From the NCBI GenBank assembly GCA_001779115.1, contig MFJF01000015.1, positions 86,491-150,490 on the forward strand: 64,000 bases of DNA, written 5' to 3'. This stretch comes from Candidatus Gottesmanbacteria bacterium RIFCSPHIGHO2_01_FULL_40_15 (GTDB taxonomy: Bacteria; Patescibacteriota; Microgenomatia; 2-02-FULL-39-11). A program made the translations under genes and the position numbers. Below, piece after piece: positions 10,449 to 20,716 of this stretch (positions within the stretch are counted from its first letter, which is position 1; every line of letters starts with the position of its first letter). Under the pieces are notes generated by a model. That model was not told the origin of the DNA and did not search any database. It saw only the letters and a program-made list of their open reading frames with translations.

Positions 10449-11999
10449 ATGAAAATCCGTCCAATAATAATATATCCGTTTCTTATTGCCTTTTATCCCG
10501 TCATTTTCGCCTACGCTGAAAATATTAAAGGTCTGATACTTCCTGAAGTATCCCTGCCGCTGTCTGTATCTTTCTTTCTGACATTAATGCTGTTTCTTTT
10601 GGCTAAAATCGTTTTCAGGGATTGGTATAAGGCAGGCATTGCCGCTGCAATTATAATTATTGTCATTGAAAATTATATACTTGGTTTTGACTTTGTCAGA
10701 AAGACTGTCTTAGATCAATTTATCAAAGGCAAGCATAAATTCGGATTTCTGGTGGTCACAACAGGTCTTTTGATCTTTTTATATTTTTTAAGAAAATCAA
10801 AACAGCGTTTCCGGTTATCCGCATCCATATTGAATGTTTTTTCAGTTATATTGATCTCTTTACCTGTTGTTCAGATTGCCGTATATGAGATATCTAATAA
10901 ATCGCCCACTATAAATGCAGTTACTCTGCCTAAACTGGAAAAGAATGGCCATCCCCAAACCGGGGAATTGCCGGATATTTATTACTTCATATTAGACAGA
11001 TACGGACAAAATAAAACAATCAGCTCAAATTACGGTTATGATAATTCTGTTTTTATTAAATCCCTGGAGAAAAAAGGATTTCATATTGTGTCTGACAGTT
11101 GGTCGAATTACACAACAAGCGCACTTTCACTGGCCTCATCTTTAAATATGAGTTATCTGGACAATCTTGCCCAAAATCCGGGTATTAACTCGGCGGATGA
11201 AAAAATTCTTTTGAAACTGATAGAGAATAATCTCGTTGTAAAATTTCTCAAAAGTATGGGATACAAATATATTCATGTCGGATCATGGTGGAATGCAACG
11301 GCAAAAAATAAATATGCCGACAGAAACATCAAAGGCGCTCTTGCTTTATCCGAATTATCTCAAGTCATTTATAGCCGGACTATTTTTTATCCGATTACGG
11401 TTAAGCTGAAAGTGCCTCTTTTAGACGGCCGCTATGCTCAATTTATAAGAATTCCTTCCCAGTTTTCCGAGATTGCCAATATTCCTAAAATGAAAGAGCC
11501 TACATTTATTTTTGCTCATTTTCTTATTCCTCATCCTCCGTATGTCTTTGATAAAGACGGAAATTTTATAACTGAGGAAGAAGAAAATAAAAGAAGCGAA
11601 AGGGATAATTACATCGGCCAATTGGAGTACGCGAATAAAAAAATACTCGAATTGGTAAATACATTATTAACTTCCGCAAAAGACAATAAGCCCATTATTG
11701 TCATTCAGGGTGATGAAGGACCGTATCCCGGGGAATATCTCAAAAACAGCCTGAAATATGACTGGAAAAAAGCCGGTGATGATATTATTCAGCAAAAAAT
11801 GGGAATACTAAACGCGATATATTTTCCCGATAGCCGGTATGAATCTTTTTCTCCGGTGACTTCACCGGTCAACTCCTTCAGGATTGTATTCAACACCTGG
11901 TTTAATCAGAAACTCGAGCTATTACCGGATATAAGTTTCCTCTCTAACGTCGGAAAACCTTACGATTTTGTGAAAAAAATCGAAAGAAATCAGAAATGA
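10449..11999 (+). CDS. LtaS/sulfatase-family (alkaline-phosphatase superfamily) membrane phosphotransferase, paralog A
   Basis: 516 aa with five N-terminal TM helices followed by an extracytoplasmic domain. That domain carries 'PDIYYFILDRYG' and 'FAHFLIPHPPYVFD' motifs typical of LtaS/EptA-type sulfatase-fold phospho-headgroup transferases. Confidence 0.6.
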   Translation: MKIRPIIIYPFLIAFYPVIFAYAENIKGLILPEVSLPLSVSFFLTLMLFLLAKIVFRDWYKAGIAAAIIIIVIENYILGFDFVRKTVLDQFIKGKHKFGFLVVTTGLLIFLYFLRKSKQRFRLSASILNVFSVILISLPVVQIAVYEISNKSPTINAVTLPKLEKNGHPQTGELPDIYYFILDRYGQNKTISSNYGYDNSVFIKSLEKKGFHIVSDSWSNYTTSALSLASSLNMSYLDNLAQNPGINSADEKILLKLIENNLVVKFLKSMGYKYIHVGSWWNATAKNKYADRNIKGALALSELSQVIYSRTIFYPITVKLKVPLLDGRYAQFIRIPSQFSEIANIPKMKEPTFIFAHFLIPHPPYVFDKDGNFITEEEENKRSERDNYIGQLEYANKKILELVNTLLTSAKDNKPIIVIQGDEGPYPGEYLKNSLKYDWKKAGDDIIQQKMGILNAIYFPDSRYESFSPVTSPVNSFRIVFNTWFNQKLELLPDISFLSNVGKPYDFVKKIERNQK

Positions 12000-13075
12000 A
12001 GATCGCTTTCATAAATATTTATCAGGGTCTTGCCTATAGGGGAGCGGAGCGCAGTACCGAAGAGCTCTGTTTACGATTAGGTGTTCAAAATAGAATTACT
12101 CTAATTTCTGCCGGAAACACCAACGTTCCGGAAAAAGTAGAAAAAATAAAAATCCCGATATTACTTCCTTACCTTCCTGATAGTTCATTCTCCTTCTTTC
12201 GCCGTTTCTATCTGGATTTATGGAGTCTGCAAATCTTAATATTTACACTTCGCTGTCTGCCTTATCTTTTAAAGAGAAATTTTGACATCCTTATTCCCGT
12301 TAACGGGGGATGGCAGACGGTAATTATCAAATTAGTCACAAGAATAAAACGGTCCAAAATGGTAGTTATTGGCCGGGCCGGTATCGGCCGGGATGATGCC
12401 TGGAATTTACTGACCTGTCCTGACCTTTTTATTGCCCTGACAGGAAAAGCGGAAAAATGGGCCGGAAAAATTAAACCCGGTGTCAAAATTGTCAGGATTC
12501 CTAACGGTATTGATCTTGAAAAGTTTCACCCCCGGGTCAAACCGGTCAAGTTAGATCTGCCCCGGCCGGTCATTTTGGCTGTTTCTGCCCTGACGGAAAA
12601 TAAAAGGCTGAAATTGACAATAAATGCCGTTGCCGCCATGGAAAAACCTGTTTCACTACTTATCGTCGGCCGGGGTCCTCTAAAAGAAAGTCTACAGAAT
12701 CTGGGCCGGCAGCTTTTGGGACGGGACAGATTTATGATAACTCAAGCCGGGGCGGAAGATATGCCGGCCTTTTATACCGCCGCCGATATCTTTACCATGG
12801 TATCGGTTGACACTGAAGCTTTCGGTAATGTCTATCTTGAAGCACTTGCCTGTAATCTGCCTGTGGCGGCGCCGGATGACGAAAACCGCCGGGAAATAAT
12901 AGGCCCGGCCGGTCTCTATTGTGATCCCCGTGATCCCCGAACTTATGCTCAGGTTCTGGAAGAAGCATTATCGAGAAATTTAGGCAATATTCCCCGGTCC
13001 CGGGCGGAACAATTTGATTGGAAAAGGATTATTAAAAAGTATGATAAAGTGTTAAAACAACTCATGAAAAGATGA
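11996..13075 (+). CDS. Glycosyltransferase family 4 (GT-B, group 1)
   Basis: C-terminal EX7E-type motif 'EAFGNVYLEALACNLPVAA'. ATGA overlap with the upstream gene. Confidence 0.7.
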   Translation: MKIAFINIYQGLAYRGAERSTEELCLRLGVQNRITLISAGNTNVPEKVEKIKIPILLPYLPDSSFSFFRRFYLDLWSLQILIFTLRCLPYLLKRNFDILIPVNGGWQTVIIKLVTRIKRSKMVVIGRAGIGRDDAWNLLTCPDLFIALTGKAEKWAGKIKPGVKIVRIPNGIDLEKFHPRVKPVKLDLPRPVILAVSALTENKRLKLTINAVAAMEKPVSLLIVGRGPLKESLQNLGRQLLGRDRFMITQAGAEDMPAFYTAADIFTMVSVDTEAFGNVYLEALACNLPVAAPDDENRREIIGPAGLYCDPRDPRTYAQVLEEALSRNLGNIPRSRAEQFDWKRIIKKYDKVLKQLMKR

Positions 13076-13794
13076 AATTATCGATTATCATCCCGGTTTA
13101 CAATGAGGAAAAAACAGTGGGTAAAGTACTGGATAAAATATGCCGCCAGCCCCTCAAATGGAGCCGGGAAATAATTATTATCAACGACGGGTCAACCGAC
13201 AACACCAAAAATATTATTAAATCTTTCCTGATAAAAGCCGAAAAGGAAAAATATCAGGTTAAAGTAATAAATTTTGATAAAAATTACGGAAAAGGTAAAG
13301 CGGTTTCATCTGGCATAAAAAAAGCTACCGGCAACTATATTCTTATCCAGGATGCCGATTTGGAGTACGATCCTGCCGATATTCCCGCAATACTAAGCGC
13401 TGCCGGCCGTGTCCTTGAAAATAAAAATAAATATGTCAGTGTTGCTGTTTACGGCAGCCGGTTGATGAAAAACCCCGTTAATATGCCGTATCTTTATATA
13501 ATGGGCAATAAATTTCTGACAGGGTTAACCAACTTCATATTCGGTACCCGCCTGACGGATATGGAGACAGGTTACAAACTTCTCCCTGCCGGACTTATCA
13601 GAAAAATGCCTCTGATATCAACCCGCTTTGATTTTGAACCGGAAATTACCGCCAGGCTGATAAAAGCGAAAATTCCAATAATCGAAGTGCCTATTTCATA
13701 CCGGGGTAGAACCCATTTGGCCGGTAAAAAATTAACTGTCAGAGATTCAATCGGTGCTTTAAAATGCCTGATTTATTTTCGTTTTTTCACTTGA
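13072..13794 (+). CDS. GT2 polyprenol-phosphate sugar synthase (Ppm1/DPM1/GtrB-like)
   Basis: 240 aa with the 'LSIIIPVYNEE...IIIINDGSTDNT' and 'IQDADLEYDP' motifs characteristic of dolichol/polyprenol-phosphate mannose (or glucose) synthases. Confidence 0.65.
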   Translation: MKLSIIIPVYNEEKTVGKVLDKICRQPLKWSREIIIINDGSTDNTKNIIKSFLIKAEKEKYQVKVINFDKNYGKGKAVSSGIKKATGNYILIQDADLEYDPADIPAILSAAGRVLENKNKYVSVAVYGSRLMKNPVNMPYLYIMGNKFLTGLTNFIFGTRLTDMETGYKLLPAGLIRKMPLISTRFDFEPEITARLIKAKIPIIEVPISYRGRTHLAGKKLTVRDSIGALKCLIYFRFFT

Positions 13795-13806
13795 ACAAAA
13801 AAGCAA

Positions 13807-15216
13807 ATGAATAAGCTTTTGCTGATTTTTCTGATAGTAGTAGGCAGCGCCTATTCCGTTATTGCCGTTGCCGCTCACTATCAGTTCCGGACTTTCGGTT
13901 GGGATTTGGGATATTTTGACCAGATAATCTGGTTATTAAGCCGCGGATTCTACCCTTTCAGTACTTTAAATAAGGTGAATTTTTTAGCCAATCATTTTTC
14001 ACCGGTTCTTATATTCTATGCTCTGCTTTACCGGATCCATTCTTCTCCGGTAACCCTTCTCATATCCCAGGCTTTTTTGGTCGTTTTTTCCTCGTACCCC
14101 CTTTTTCTCTTGGTCTGGGAAAAAACGGGCAGCCGGCTTTTAGGAATGGCCGTAGTTATTTCTTTTCTGTTTTTTATCGGTACCCAGTGGAGCATACTCA
14201 ATGAATTCCATGAAGCGACTTTAACCCCGCTGTTTCTGTCGCTTTTTTTCTTTTCTGCCGGCATAAAAAAAAGGAAGCTGATTTTCCTTTTTTCAATAAT
14301 CGGCTTACTTGTTACCAAGGAAGAATTTGCGCTTTTAACAGCCGCCCTGGCTTTCCCTTTGTATTTTTATTACGGGCTAAAAAAACAGGCGGTTATTCTT
14401 TTTCTGTTTTCCCTGTTTTTTTTCTTTTTCCTGACTCAATTTTTCATGCCGGCCATATCGGAAAAAGGTGTATACCAGCATGCTCATTTGTCACCAGAAG
14501 CCCCATCACCCTGGGAACTGACCTTAAAAATCTTGACTGATCCTGTATATATCCTTAAAAGTTTCCTTTCTCCGCCGGTAAAAATTCAGACTCTTTTAAT
14601 CAGTTTTTCTTCATTTGCATACTTGCCGCTTTTTGCCCCGTTTTCCGTTTTAGTTCCGGTTATCGAGCAATTTCTGATGCGGTTTCTGTATACCGGACCG
14701 CAGTTTACTGTTTTTACCAATGTCAACCATCATGCCGCTCCGATTGCCGTTCTTCTGCCCGTTTCCGTTGTTTTTGCGGTGGTGCGTCTTATGAGCCGGT
14801 TCCCCCGTAAAAAAAGATTCATCCTTTTGTCTTCATCCCTTTTAATTTTAGTTGCCAGTGTGTTTCAGGATATTATTCAAAAAGCGCCTTTTCATTCCAT
14901 TGTTAAACCGGCTTTATATCAGGAGTCGGAGTGGCAAAAAAACGCCGGGAATGCCTTAAAACAAGTGCCCTTAAACAGTTCCGTTGCCGCCCAAAACAGC
15001 CTTTTTCCCCATTTATCGCAAAGAAAGGAAATTTATCTCCTACCCGAAACAGGCAATGCCGATTTTCTGGCGGTTGATTTAAGTGACGGGCCTAATAAAT
15101 TCTCTCCTCTTAATCTGCAAAAAACCCGAGTTTTAATTTATGAGTTGGAGGAAAAAAATATATACCGGGTTTATTTCCGGAAAGGCGATGCCATTATTTA
15201 CCGGAAAGTAAATTAA
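13807..15216 (+). CDS. DUF2079-like polytopic membrane protein (putative GT-C)
   Basis: 469 aa, polytopic, with the N-terminal 'FRTFGWDLGYFDQIIW...ANHFSPVL' signature that resembles DUF2079. This family is commonly paired with GtrB/Ppm1-like GT2 genes. Confidence 0.5.
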   Translation: MNKLLLIFLIVVGSAYSVIAVAAHYQFRTFGWDLGYFDQIIWLLSRGFYPFSTLNKVNFLANHFSPVLIFYALLYRIHSSPVTLLISQAFLVVFSSYPLFLLVWEKTGSRLLGMAVVISFLFFIGTQWSILNEFHEATLTPLFLSLFFFSAGIKKRKLIFLFSIIGLLVTKEEFALLTAALAFPLYFYYGLKKQAVILFLFSLFFFFFLTQFFMPAISEKGVYQHAHLSPEAPSPWELTLKILTDPVYILKSFLSPPVKIQTLLISFSSFAYLPLFAPFSVLVPVIEQFLMRFLYTGPQFTVFTNVNHHAAPIAVLLPVSVVFAVVRLMSRFPRKKRFILLSSSLLILVASVFQDIIQKAPFHSIVKPALYQESEWQKNAGNALKQVPLNSSVAAQNSLFPHLSQRKEIYLLPETGNADFLAVDLSDGPNKFSPLNLQKTRVLIYELEEKNIYRVYFRKGDAIIYRKVN

Positions 15217-15269
15217 ACGCTTTTTGCCAAGTATTATAAGCCGAGTGTAAAATACGCGTTAAACAAATA

Positions 15270-15929
15270 ATGATTGATGTTAAGAAACTATATGATACCC
15301 GTTTTACTTCCTTTGAAAGGATAAGGAAAATTGAATTATGGAGGATTTTATGTCGCCGGTTTCTCCAGCAGTACATTAACCGGAACGGATCGATCGTTGA
15401 TCTGGGAGCCGGCAATTGTGAATTTATTAATAATATTGAATGCCGGGTAAAATACGCGGTTGATATAAATGACGATCTTAAAAAAAAAGTAAAAAAAGGC
15501 GTTCGCGTTAAAATTGCTCCGGTTAAAAAACTGAAAAATCTTTTTCCCCATAATTCCGTTGATGCAATATTTATGAGCAATCTGTTGGAACATCTGGACA
15601 GCAAGGAAGACGTCTTCAGACTGTTAAACGAATCTTTTGCCGTCCTTAAAAAGGGCGGCCGGTTACTGATCATGCAGCCGGATATCGCCCTGGTTGGTGA
15701 TTCATATTGGGATTTTTTTGATCATAAAGTTCCCATCACTTTTGCCAGCCTTTCGGAAGTGCTTGTGACCGTAGGTTTTAAACTGAGAAGTTACCGCTAT
15801 CCTTTTTTGCCTTATTCAACCAAAGTCAAATACCTGCCGCTCTGGCCGCCGTTTTTGAAAATTTATCTTTATTTAAGGCCGCTCCATTATTTTTTCGGAA
15901 AACAGTTTTTTATCTGCGCTGAGAAATAA
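15270..15929 (+). CDS. Class I SAM-dependent methyltransferase
   Basis: Motif I 'IVDLGAGNCEF' and the post-II/III region 'LKKGGRLLIMQPD'. Confidence 0.6.
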   Translation: MIDVKKLYDTRFTSFERIRKIELWRILCRRFLQQYINRNGSIVDLGAGNCEFINNIECRVKYAVDINDDLKKKVKKGVRVKIAPVKKLKNLFPHNSVDAIFMSNLLEHLDSKEDVFRLLNESFAVLKKGGRLLIMQPDIALVGDSYWDFFDHKVPITFASLSEVLVTVGFKLRSYRYPFLPYSTKVKYLPLWPPFLKIYLYLRPLHYFFGKQFFICAEK

Positions 15930-15930
15930 T

Positions 15931-16746
15931 ATGGATATTTCCGCTTGTCTGGTCATAAGAAATGAAGAAACACTCCTGGAAAAAAGTCTGGAGAGCCTCA
16001 AAGGGATTGCTGATGAAATAATTATTGTGCATGACGGGCCATGCAATGACCGCAGTCTTATTATTTCCCGAAAATTTGGAGCTAGGGTGTTTGTCAGAAA
16101 ATTTGTCGGTGAAGCGGAATACCACCGGCCTTTTTCCTATGAAAAAGCAAAAGGGGATTGGATTTTGCAGATTGATGCCGATGAATATCTGCCGTCTTCC
16201 AAAAAAAATTTAATCAGGAAATTAACCGGCAGCAAAACTTGTGACGCCTACAGTTTTGCCTGGCCTTATCCGGATGAAAAAGGGTATATCGGCAAAGGAC
16301 CTTTTAGCCAGACATACAAACCTTGCCTTTTTCAAAAAGAAAAAATGTACATGCTCGGTCTCTCGCATGAATATCCCCGGACTTATGGAAAGATATGCCG
16401 AATTTCGAAAATCCAATTATTCCACCCGCCCCGTTTTGATAATTATTCCCTTAAAGTTTTTAAAACCAAGTGGCGCCGGTGGGCAGCTATTCAGGCTGAA
16501 CAAATAAAAAATATAGAGAATCTGCCCCGGTTCAATATGGGCGGGAATAACCATCTTTCTAAACATTATGGATATATAATAAAACACCCGTTTATAAGCG
16601 GTATTAAGGAATCTTTTAAATTTTTACTGCTTTATATATCAAGAGGCATTCTTTTTTCCGGAATCAGAAGTTATAAAATTGCTTTTTTTGAAATCTGTTA
16701 TATCTGGCTGGTCAGATTTTATACATTAAAATTTAAAAAAGGTTGA
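15931..16746 (+). CDS. Glycosyltransferase family 2
   Basis: 'ISACLVIRNEE...IIIVHDGPCNDRS' and 'QIDADEYL' (DxD) motifs. Confidence 0.6.
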   Translation: MDISACLVIRNEETLLEKSLESLKGIADEIIIVHDGPCNDRSLIISRKFGARVFVRKFVGEAEYHRPFSYEKAKGDWILQIDADEYLPSSKKNLIRKLTGSKTCDAYSFAWPYPDEKGYIGKGPFSQTYKPCLFQKEKMYMLGLSHEYPRTYGKICRISKIQLFHPPRFDNYSLKVFKTKWRRWAAIQAEQIKNIENLPRFNMGGNNHLSKHYGYIIKHPFISGIKESFKFLLLYISRGILFSGIRSYKIAFFEICYIWLVRFYTLKFKKG

Positions 16747-17447
16747 AAATCATGAATGAATATAATCAAAAAAGAATCAATCCGCCATTCTGGCAGCACG
16801 ACTGTCACATATTAAAAAGGCTTTATCGTGAAATTAAAATTGAAGTGCACCGGTGGGTTAATAAAAATTCTGAGGTTTTGGATTACGGTTGCGGCCCGGC
16901 TCCATATGAACATTTATTGACCGGACGATGTTCCCGCTATATTAAATTGGATATCGGAAAAAACAACTCGGCTGATATCCTTGTCCTGGAGAACGAAAAA
17001 ATTCCTCTGCCTGATTCGTCATGGGACGTGATACTTTCAACCCAGGTATTGGAACATGTGGCTGACCCCGGTTTTTACCTGTCTGAATGCCGCAGACTCT
17101 TAAAACCCGGCGGAAAACTGATATTGTCTACCCACGGCATCTGGCCCTATCATCCGTTTCCGGAGGATTATTGGCGCTTCACGGAATCAGGGCTTAAAAA
17201 AATATTGCGTGATAACCGGTTTAAGACAGTCAACTTTAAAGGACTTATCGGGCCGTTTGCTTCATCCGTCCAGTTCACTGTATTATTATTGGCAGACTTT
17301 CTTGTTAAAAAGCCTTTCCCGGCCAAATTGATTCTGGTTCTTTTATCAGTTATATCCAATATATCAATTTCAGTTTTAGACTCAATTTTTCCTTACCGTA
17401 AAAACAGTGATTCAAGCCTTTATTTTCTATGCGCCGAAAAATACTGA
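16743..17447 (+). CDS. Class I SAM-dependent methyltransferase
   Basis: Motif I 'VLDYGCGPAPY' and 'LKPGGKLILSTHG'. The C-terminal tail is hydrophobic. Confidence 0.6.
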   Translation: MKIMNEYNQKRINPPFWQHDCHILKRLYREIKIEVHRWVNKNSEVLDYGCGPAPYEHLLTGRCSRYIKLDIGKNNSADILVLENEKIPLPDSSWDVILSTQVLEHVADPGFYLSECRRLLKPGGKLILSTHGIWPYHPFPEDYWRFTESGLKKILRDNRFKTVNFKGLIGPFASSVQFTVLLLADFLVKKPFPAKLILVLLSVISNISISVLDSIFPYRKNSDSSLYFLCAEKY

Positions 17448-18820
17448 TCGGAATTATTTTTACCGGCCTCATATTGAGGTTTATCGGCCTCAACCAGAGT
17501 TTTTGGCTGGATGAAGCCGCTCAGGTAATTGAATCGGAAAGAGTTTTTGCCCAACAGATTGATTTGGCTTCTGATTTTCACCCGCCGCTTTATCACTTAC
17601 TGCTTCATTTTTGGCTTAAAATCGGAAACGGTGAAATATTCTCTCGGCTGCCTGAAGTTATAATGGGAGTTGTCAGTATTTTTTTGGTTTATGAAATTAC
17701 CCGCCTTTTAAAATTCAGCAATTTTTCCGCTCAATTAACCGCTTTTCTTTTGGCCGTCAATCCCTTTCATATTTATTATTCCCAGGAAGTCAGGCCATAC
17801 ATGCTGTTTAGCTTCCTATCACTGTTAGCAACCCGTTTTTTTCTGACCGGCAATTTAATTGCCCTGGCAATTGTTGTTTCCCTCTTGGTCTATACCAATT
17901 ATTTTGCGTTCTTTCTTCTTTTGGCATTTCCTGCCGCATCCCTTTTGTCCGGATATAAAAAAGACTTGAATAAAGTTTTACAATCATTTTTCTTGGCGTT
18001 TCTGATATTTTTGCCTTGGCTGCCTTCTTTAATGAGGCAATTGGAAATAGGTTTCGGAAACGGATTGCCCGGTTGGAAATCAGTTGTTTCGGTTTCCCCG
18101 TATAAGGCGATTCCTTTGATTTTAGCCAAGTTTATCTTCGGTAAAGCTTCAATTGATAATAATTTCATTTACGCACTGGTCCTTATGCCCTCCATCATTG
18201 CTTTTGCCGCCAGTGGTTTTCTTGCTTTTAAAAGTAAAAAATACCCTGTTTTGTTTATGCTTTTCTTCGTCCCTTTGATTTCAGCTTTGACAGTTTCATT
18301 TTTTCTGCCCGTTTTAGCTCCGCAAAGAATGATTTTTTTGTTGCCTTTTTTTCTGATGATAATTGCCGGATCGGCTGACATCTGGAAGAAATGGGGAATA
18401 TTTTTATCACTGGCAGTTGTCATCACTTCTCTTTTCGGCCTGATGCTTTATTATTTAAACGCGCGCTTCCAGCGGGAAGATTGGCGATCATCCGTGCAAT
18501 ATTTAAAAGAAGACTCATACTCAATAAAAAGTTTGGTGGCATTTGCTTTTCCGGAAGCTTTCGCTCCTTTTATCTGGTATAACCGGGGTATTCTGGAAAG
18601 TCGCGGTTATGCACAGGATTTCCGGGTTGGGCAGTCTGACATCCGGAGACTGAGTCTTGATTTATCAGGCAGGAATACGGTTTATTATTACAGTTACCTT
18701 GACAATCTGACTGATCCCAAAAATTGGATACAGCGTAAAATAAACGAAAACGGTTTCCAGTTGAAAAGTATCAGGGATTTTCCCGGAGTCGGTTTTGTCT
18801 ATAAATATGAAAAAGACTGA
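17429..18820 (+). CDS. GT-C family membrane glycosyltransferase (GT39/GT83 ArnT/PMT-like)
   Basis: 463 aa, polytopic, with the first-loop 'FWLDEAAQV' acidic DE motif diagnostic of PMT/ArnT-type glycosyltransferases. Confidence 0.6.
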   Translation: MRRKILIGIIFTGLILRFIGLNQSFWLDEAAQVIESERVFAQQIDLASDFHPPLYHLLLHFWLKIGNGEIFSRLPEVIMGVVSIFLVYEITRLLKFSNFSAQLTAFLLAVNPFHIYYSQEVRPYMLFSFLSLLATRFFLTGNLIALAIVVSLLVYTNYFAFFLLLAFPAASLLSGYKKDLNKVLQSFFLAFLIFLPWLPSLMRQLEIGFGNGLPGWKSVVSVSPYKAIPLILAKFIFGKASIDNNFIYALVLMPSIIAFAASGFLAFKSKKYPVLFMLFFVPLISALTVSFFLPVLAPQRMIFLLPFFLMIIAGSADIWKKWGIFLSLAVVITSLFGLMLYYLNARFQREDWRSSVQYLKEDSYSIKSLVAFAFPEAFAPFIWYNRGILESRGYAQDFRVGQSDIRRLSLDLSGRNTVYYYSYLDNLTDPKNWIQRKINENGFQLKSIRDFPGVGFVYKYEKD

Positions 18821-19568
18821 TCACCGCAAATACGCATTGGCTTTCAAGACTCTTTTGAAAGGGCTTATATTTTGGCCGGATTGGCATCCTGAGGTGGCTT
18901 TAAGATATTTGCCTGTTGTGGCTGAAATTAAAAAAATCAAACCCAAACCCAGCGTACTTGATGTCGGATCAGGCGGCCTGGGTATCGCACCGTATCTTAA
19001 AAAAAAAGTTACCGGAGTTGATATCAAATTCAACCCGCCATACCATCCCATGCTTGAAAAAATATTGGCTTCAGCCCTGAATCTGCCCTTTACCGATCGG
19101 GTTTTTGATGCGGTCATCAGTGTTGACACGATAGAACACCTCAATAAGTCGCAAAGGGGAAAAGCCGTATCGGAGATCATCAGAACGGCACGGGCGTTGG
19201 CCGTTATTGCCGTTCCCTGCGGCAGACAGTCACTTAAGCAGGATAAAAAGCTTCACCGGTATTACCGGAAAAAATTCGGTAAAAACTATGTTTTTTTTGA
19301 GGAGCAGATAAAATACAAACTGCCAGAAGAAGAAGAAATGGTTGAGTATATAAATCAGGCAGCTAAAATAAATAAAAGAAATTTTTTTCTCAAAATTATG
19401 GACAATGAAAATTTGGCCTTAAGGGAATTTCTGATGAAAGGCTGGATGTCAGAAAACTTCGCCGTCAATATTCTTTTCAGGAAGGTATTTCTTTTGGCGA
19501 TTCCGTTAATGTCAAAGTTAAACGGTAAACCTGCCTACCGTAAAATCTTTATTGTTAAATTAAAATGA
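18795..19568 (+). CDS. Class I SAM-dependent methyltransferase
   Basis: Motif I 'VLDVGSGGLGIAPYL' and 'VISVDTIEHL'. Confidence 0.55.
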   Translation: MSINMKKTDHRKYALAFKTLLKGLIFWPDWHPEVALRYLPVVAEIKKIKPKPSVLDVGSGGLGIAPYLKKKVTGVDIKFNPPYHPMLEKILASALNLPFTDRVFDAVISVDTIEHLNKSQRGKAVSEIIRTARALAVIAVPCGRQSLKQDKKLHRYYRKKFGKNYVFFEEQIKYKLPEEEEMVEYINQAAKINKRNFFLKIMDNENLALREFLMKGWMSENFAVNILFRKVFLLAIPLMSKLNGKPAYRKIFIVKLK

Positions 19569-20704
19569 AAATTGCCATTGATGTTTCCCAGGTAGTTTTC
19601 GAGGGAACCGGTGTAGCCAATTACACCAGGGATCTTATTTTTAATCTTCTCGTCAAAGACCGCCGGAATCAATTTATTTTATTTGGATATTCCCTCAGGA
19701 GAAAAAAAATTCTGGATTCATTTTTAAAAAGCATTCCCCGGGAAAACGGCCGGATTAAATGTATATCACTGCCCGTTCCGCCCTCCCTGGCTGACCTCAT
19801 CTGGAACAGGTTTGGCATTTTATCCCTGGAGCATCTGATAGGGCCGGTAGATATTTATCACTCATCTGACTGGATACAGATTCCTTCCCCCGCCAAAAAC
19901 ATTACCACCGTTCATGATCTGGTTGTTTATAAATATCCGGAGACTTCATCTCCTTCAATTATTGCTGTTCAAAAAAGGCGGCTTGCCCGCGTTATCAAGC
20001 ATTGCCGTCTGATACTTTCTGATTCCATGGCTACCAAAAAGGATATTATTGACATTTTACAGGTGAATGAAAACAGAATTTCAGTGGTTTATCCCGGAAT
20101 TTCCCCGATTTTTAAGCCTGTCCCTGAAGAAAAAATTAAAAAGGTTTCAAAAAAATACAATATAAATTATCCTTATATTTTATCAGTGGGAACAAACGAA
20201 CCCAGGAAAAATATAACCAGTTCTGTTGACGCATTTAATATATTTTTAAAAAACCTGCCGCCCCGTGAAACAAAGGAAAAACCGGCTCTTATTATTGTCG
20301 GAAAAAAAGGCTGGAAAAGTAATTTTTCAAGCCATACTCCTGAAATTATTAACCTCGGTTCAGTTGACAGACAAGACTTACCCTCTCTTTACGGCGGAGC
20401 CCGATTTTTAGTTTATCCCTCTCTTTATGAAGGTTTTGGCTTGCCCGTGGTTGAAGCTATGGCCTGCGGTTGTCCGGTCATTACCAGCAATAAAGGTTCG
20501 CTTGCCGAAGTTGCCGGACAGGCGGCATTAATTGTCGATCCTCAAAAGCCTGAGGATTTGGCCATTGCCATGATAAATCTGGAAACGGATAATAGGCTGA
20601 GGAAAAAACTTATCGCCGCAGGCTTAATAAACTGCCGCCGCTTTTCCTGGTCAACGGCGGTCGAAAAAGTTCTTTTAGCCTATAACAGTTTAATAAAAAA
20701 ATAA
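19565..20704 (+). CDS. Glycosyltransferase family 4
   Basis: 'YEGFGLPVVEAMACGCPVITSN' EX7E motif and the N-terminal 'MKIAID' start typical of WbdA/B/C-like GT4 enzymes. Confidence 0.75.
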   Translation: MKIAIDVSQVVFEGTGVANYTRDLIFNLLVKDRRNQFILFGYSLRRKKILDSFLKSIPRENGRIKCISLPVPPSLADLIWNRFGILSLEHLIGPVDIYHSSDWIQIPSPAKNITTVHDLVVYKYPETSSPSIIAVQKRRLARVIKHCRLILSDSMATKKDIIDILQVNENRISVVYPGISPIFKPVPEEKIKKVSKKYNINYPYILSVGTNEPRKNITSSVDAFNIFLKNLPPRETKEKPALIIVGKKGWKSNFSSHTPEIINLGSVDRQDLPSLYGGARFLVYPSLYEGFGLPVVEAMACGCPVITSNKGSLAEVAGQAALIVDPQKPEDLAIAMINLETDNRLRKKLIAAGLINCRRFSWSTAVEKVLLAYNSLIKK

Positions 20705-20716
20705 GGATCGGATAAT

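Noticed and set aside
15245-15460. 12-nt exact repeat gtaaaatacgcg occurring twice about 190 bp apart
   Set aside because: In 64 kb of AT-biased sequence, many chance 12-mer matches are expected. One copy is inside a coding region and the pair has no symmetric context.
15194-15673. 159-aa minus-strand ORF overlapping the methyltransferase at 15270-15929
   Set aside because: It is antisense to a gene with clear SAM-MTase motifs and has a low-complexity translation, so it is judged a non-coding frame.
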